From Callorhinchus milii (lineage: Eukaryota): a stretch of DNA of 64,000 nucleotides. The DNA is taken from the NCBI RefSeq assembly GCF_018977255.1, contig NW_024704743.1:42038001-42102000 (forward strand). Reading direction: 5' to 3'. Below the pieces are notes generated by a model. The model did no database searches. It had not been told where the DNA came from and saw only the letters and a program-made list of their open reading frames with translations. Shown here in pieces: positions 60,313 to 64,000 of this stretch; within the stretch, counting starts at the first letter, position 1; the number at the start of each line of letters is the position of its first letter. Made by a program: the position numbers and the translations under genes.

Positions 60313-63300
60313 AACAACAACAAATTGAACTTATACAGCACCTTGCGAGAGAAGAGCAGGAGGCTGGTGCCAGTTCCAGTGGAGGTGCTGGGTTGTGGTT
60401 TGGGGATTGAGGAGGATGGAGAGGTAGGGAGGTGCCAGAGAGTGAAAGGATTTGAACACAAGTGTGAGGATCTTGAAATTGATCCGTTCGGTGATGGGGA
60501 GTCAGTGGAGCCTACTCAGAACTGGTGAGATGTGGGTACGGAGTTTGGTCCAGGTCAGTATGCAGGCAGCAGAATTCTGAATGAGCTGGAGCTTTTGAAT
60601 AGTGGAGCTCGGGAGACCAGCGAGGAGTGCATTTGAGTAATCCAGGCGGGAGGTGACAAACGCATGCACAAGGGTTTCAGCTGCACTTCGGGCAAGGTAC
60701 GTTTGGAGGCAGGCAATGTGGTGGAGGTGGAAGAAGGCAGTCCTGGTAAGGGACCGGATCTGGGGGAGGAAGGACAGGTGGGGGTCGAACCAGACAACTA
60801 GATTGCGCAATGGTTCGGTGAGTGTGAGCGAGAGCCCAGAGAGGTTGAGGAGTTCAGATCCACAAGAGTGAAGATATTGATGGAAGCCAAGGACTATGCC
60901 TTTCGTCTTGTCCACATTCAGCTGCATGGAAGTTTCCACTCATCCAGACCCTGGTGTCGGCCAGACAAGCTGGTCGAGTATCGGAGGACTTGGAGTTAGT
61001 ATTGGAAGAGACAAAACAGATTTCTGTGTCATCCGCATACATGTGGAAATTTACCACGTGTCTGCGGATGACATCAACAACAACAACAACAAGGTTACAT
61101 TAGTATAGCACCCTTCATGTCAGTAGGACGTGCCAATGCAGGATAGAGTACAGCATTTCAGACCCGAGATGGGGTCAGGTGGGGAGAAGGGAGGGGAGGG
61201 GAAGGGGGGTGGCCAATGGCATGGTCGGTCGAAGAAGAGGAACTTGAGGCGGGACTTGAAGGAGGCTAAGGAGGGGTGAGGTGGAGTGACTGGGGGATGG
61301 AATTCCAGAGGTTGGGGGCAGAGTGGCTGAAGACTCTCCCGCCAATGGTGGGGCGGGTGGGTCGGGGGACATGGAGCAGGCCAGAGCCGGGCTGAGCGGA
61401 GGGAAAGGGCGGGTTGGTAGGAGGTTAGGAGGTCGCAGAGGTAGGGTGGGGTGAAGCCATGGAGGGGTTTGTAGTTGAGGACCAGGATCTTGAACTGGAT
61501 CCTCTGAAGGATAGGGAGCCAGTAAAGTCGGGCGAGAGTGGGGGAGATGGGGTCAAGGAGTTTGGTGTGGGAGAGGACACAGGCTGCAGAGTTCTGGATT
61601 ATCTGCAGCCTGTGGAGGGAGGAGTTGGGAAGGCCGACAAGCAGGGCATTTGCATAGTCGAGCTGGAGGGATGAAGGCATGAATAAGAGTTTCACTGGCC
61701 TGAGGGGTGAGGTAGTGGCGGAGTCAGGCGATGTTACGGAGTTGAGGGAAGGCAGAGCAGGTCATGGCTTGAATGTGGGAAGCAAAGACATTTGAGGGTC
61801 GAACAAAACACCTCGGTTCCTGACTGGCTGGTGAATTATAATGTCCAACCATGGAGGTTGCTGTTGCCAGAGCCTGAGGTGCTGAGGTGCTGACGTGAGC
61901 CAATCAGGAGGGCCTCAGTCTTGTTCACATTTAACTGTAGGGAATTTGCCCTCATCCAGGACTTGATGTCCAACAGGTAGTCTGTCAGAACAGCAGTGGT
62001 CCTGGAGTTGAGGTTGGAGGCAGAAAGATAGAGTTGGATGTCATCCGCATACATATGGAAGTTGACCCCATGTCTGCGGATGATGTCATCAAGGGGGAGC
62101 ATGTAGATATTAAAGAGGAGAAGGCCAAGGACAGAGCGCTGGGGGATGCCAGATGTGACAGTGTGGGGGCTGGAGGAGAAACCGTAAGAGGCAACGAAGT
62201 GGAGATGGTAAGAGAGAAAGGAATAGAACCAGGCAAGGGCAGATCCGTGAAGATTGAGTAAAACGGAAAGGCGGTGTATGAGGATGGAATGGTTGACAGT
62301 TTGAAGGCGGCAGAGAGGTCGAAGAGGACAAGGAGGCAGAGGGAGCCCTGATCACAGATGTTCAGAATGTCATTAGTGACTTTGACCAGGGCTGTTTCCG
62401 TGCTGTGGACAGTGCGGAAGCCGGATTGGAGGGGTTCAAAGAAGGAATGGCGAGAGAGAAAGGAGGGGAGCTGGGACGTGACGACTCATTTCAGCACTTT
62501 GGAAAGGAATGGGAGGTTAAAGATGGGGCGGTAGCTGGAGAGGAGGAATGGATCCAGGGACATCTTCCAGAGGGAGCATATAGATAAGGAAAAGAAGAGG
62601 GCCAAGGATGGAGCCCTGGGCTAACCCGCAGATGAAGTGAAAGCGGTTGGTTAAGTAGAACTTGAATCATGCGAGTGCGGTCCCACTAAGGTGTATGAGG
62701 GAGGAGAGGTGCTAGAGGAAGATGGCGTGATGGACTGTGTCGAACGTGGTAGAGAGATCCAGGAGGATGAGGAGGCAGATGGAGCCCTGGTCGCAGATAA
62801 AGAGGACATAATTTATGACTTTTTGAGGAGGGGTGTGATGACAGCGTTTTTCAGGGGGAGTGGAACAGAGCCTGAGGAGAAAGAATGGTTGACCATGTCA
62901 GCCAGCGGGGGGGGGGAGAGGAGAAGGAGTTGAGTGGCCAGCACCTGGGTGGGGAGAGGGTCCAGACAGCAGGTGGTGAACTTCATCAGCGTTGAGAAGG
63001 AGCAGGGAGAAATGGGGTAAAGAAGGTGGGGGGGGTGGCATGAGCTGTGGCGGAGGGAGAGGCCAGTGTGGATGGTCTGGGTAGGGTGGAAAGAGACATG
63101 GGAGTGAAGGACGATGCAGCTAAGCAGATGTTTTCAATCTTTGAAACGAAGAAGTCTAGGACTTCTTTGCACTTAGCGTTTGATGTGAAGATAGAAAGGG
63201 CTTGAGGAGGTGCACGGAGGAGATGATGAATGGTGGAAAACAGCATCTTTGGATTGTTGCTTGCCTCCAGGATGGCTTTGGAGTGAAAGGTTGAGGTAGA

Positions 63301-63880
63301 GTAGGTGTGGAGGTGCTCGAACCATGGATGGCAGTGAATTTCTACCATCTGCGCTCAAGCATCCGCTTTTGTCTTTTGAGTGAGCGGAGGTGACTGCTGT
63401 ACCAGGGGGAGTGAGTGGGTTTGGAAACAACCCTGGATTTCAGTGGAGCCAGGGAATTGAAGGTTGTGGAGAGATGATCATTCAGCAGGTTGATGACTGC
63501 ATCAGGATCACTGCAGGTGGAAAGCCAGAGGGAGAGGATGTTTGAGGAAGGCAGGGCATTTGTGAGGGACTCAGGGGGAAATTTTTTCCAGGGGCAGAAA
63601 AAAATGGTTGAGGGCTTGGAAGAGGGGAGGGGATGCGGCAGTAGAGGGAGATGAGGAATTGGTCCAAGATGGCCTTGTCTGTGATAGACAGTTCGGAAAT
63701 AACAAGGCCATGTATGATGATGAGGACAAGGGAGTGGCCATGGTTGTGGGTCAGCAAGTTGATGTGAATGGTGAGATTTAGGGAGAAGAGGAGGGCAGTG
63801 AAATCTGAGGAGGTGATGCAAGGGGAGTTTAGGTGGAGGTTGAAATTATCCATTATGAGCAGGTGTTCAGTGCAGCAGGA
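60313..63880 (-). mobile_element. L2 LINE copy A (APE endonuclease to 3' tail), split by copy B and internally deleted near 62820
   Basis: EN motifs LLIMDNFNLHLN and THNHGHSL; linker [73 protein letters not shown]. Confidence 0.92.
61076..62558 (-). mobile_element. L2 LINE copy B nested in copy A
   Basis: Has its own (TTG)n tail, [24 protein letters not shown] and WLPILQRIQFKIL. Flanked by gacatc on both sides. Confidence 0.92.
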
Positions 63881-63953
63881 CACTAAAACCTAGTAACTAT
63901 TAGCCTGAGCTCAATAATAGTAAACATTACGAGGCAAAAATCGGAAAGGAAGC

Positions 63954-64000
63954 AGAATCATAGAATCATAGAATTATACAGCACAGAACGAGGCCATTCG
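63954..64000 (-). mobile_element. CR1 3' terminus with an 8-bp tandem tail
   Basis: agaatcatagaatcatagaattatacagcacagaacgaggccattcg is the reverse complement of a CR1 end with (ATTCTATG)n. Confidence 0.8.

Overview
Eukaryotic (vertebrate) non-genic or intronic DNA, AT-rich and dominated by retroelements. The repeat mix is most consistent with a cartilaginous fish (inference from repeat types, not a database match): CR1 LINEs, L2 LINEs with (TTG)n/(TTA)n tails, tRNA-headed CORE-type and Deu-domain SINEs, and a Penelope-type inverted repeat. I found no intact transposon ORF and no host gene that I can name; there are only a few low-confidence candidate exons. Most notable observations: (1) an unrecognised ancient repeat family with at least 6 copies, one fixed end and a codon-periodic substitution pattern; (2) a fold-back element carrying a minimal hammerhead-ribozyme core; (3) two independent L2 insertions at the same site of an old CR1 3' end; (4) L2/SINE tail sharing and tail swapping; (5) several exactly resolvable nested insertions and MITEs. 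Repeat boundaries were set by eye and are approximate.
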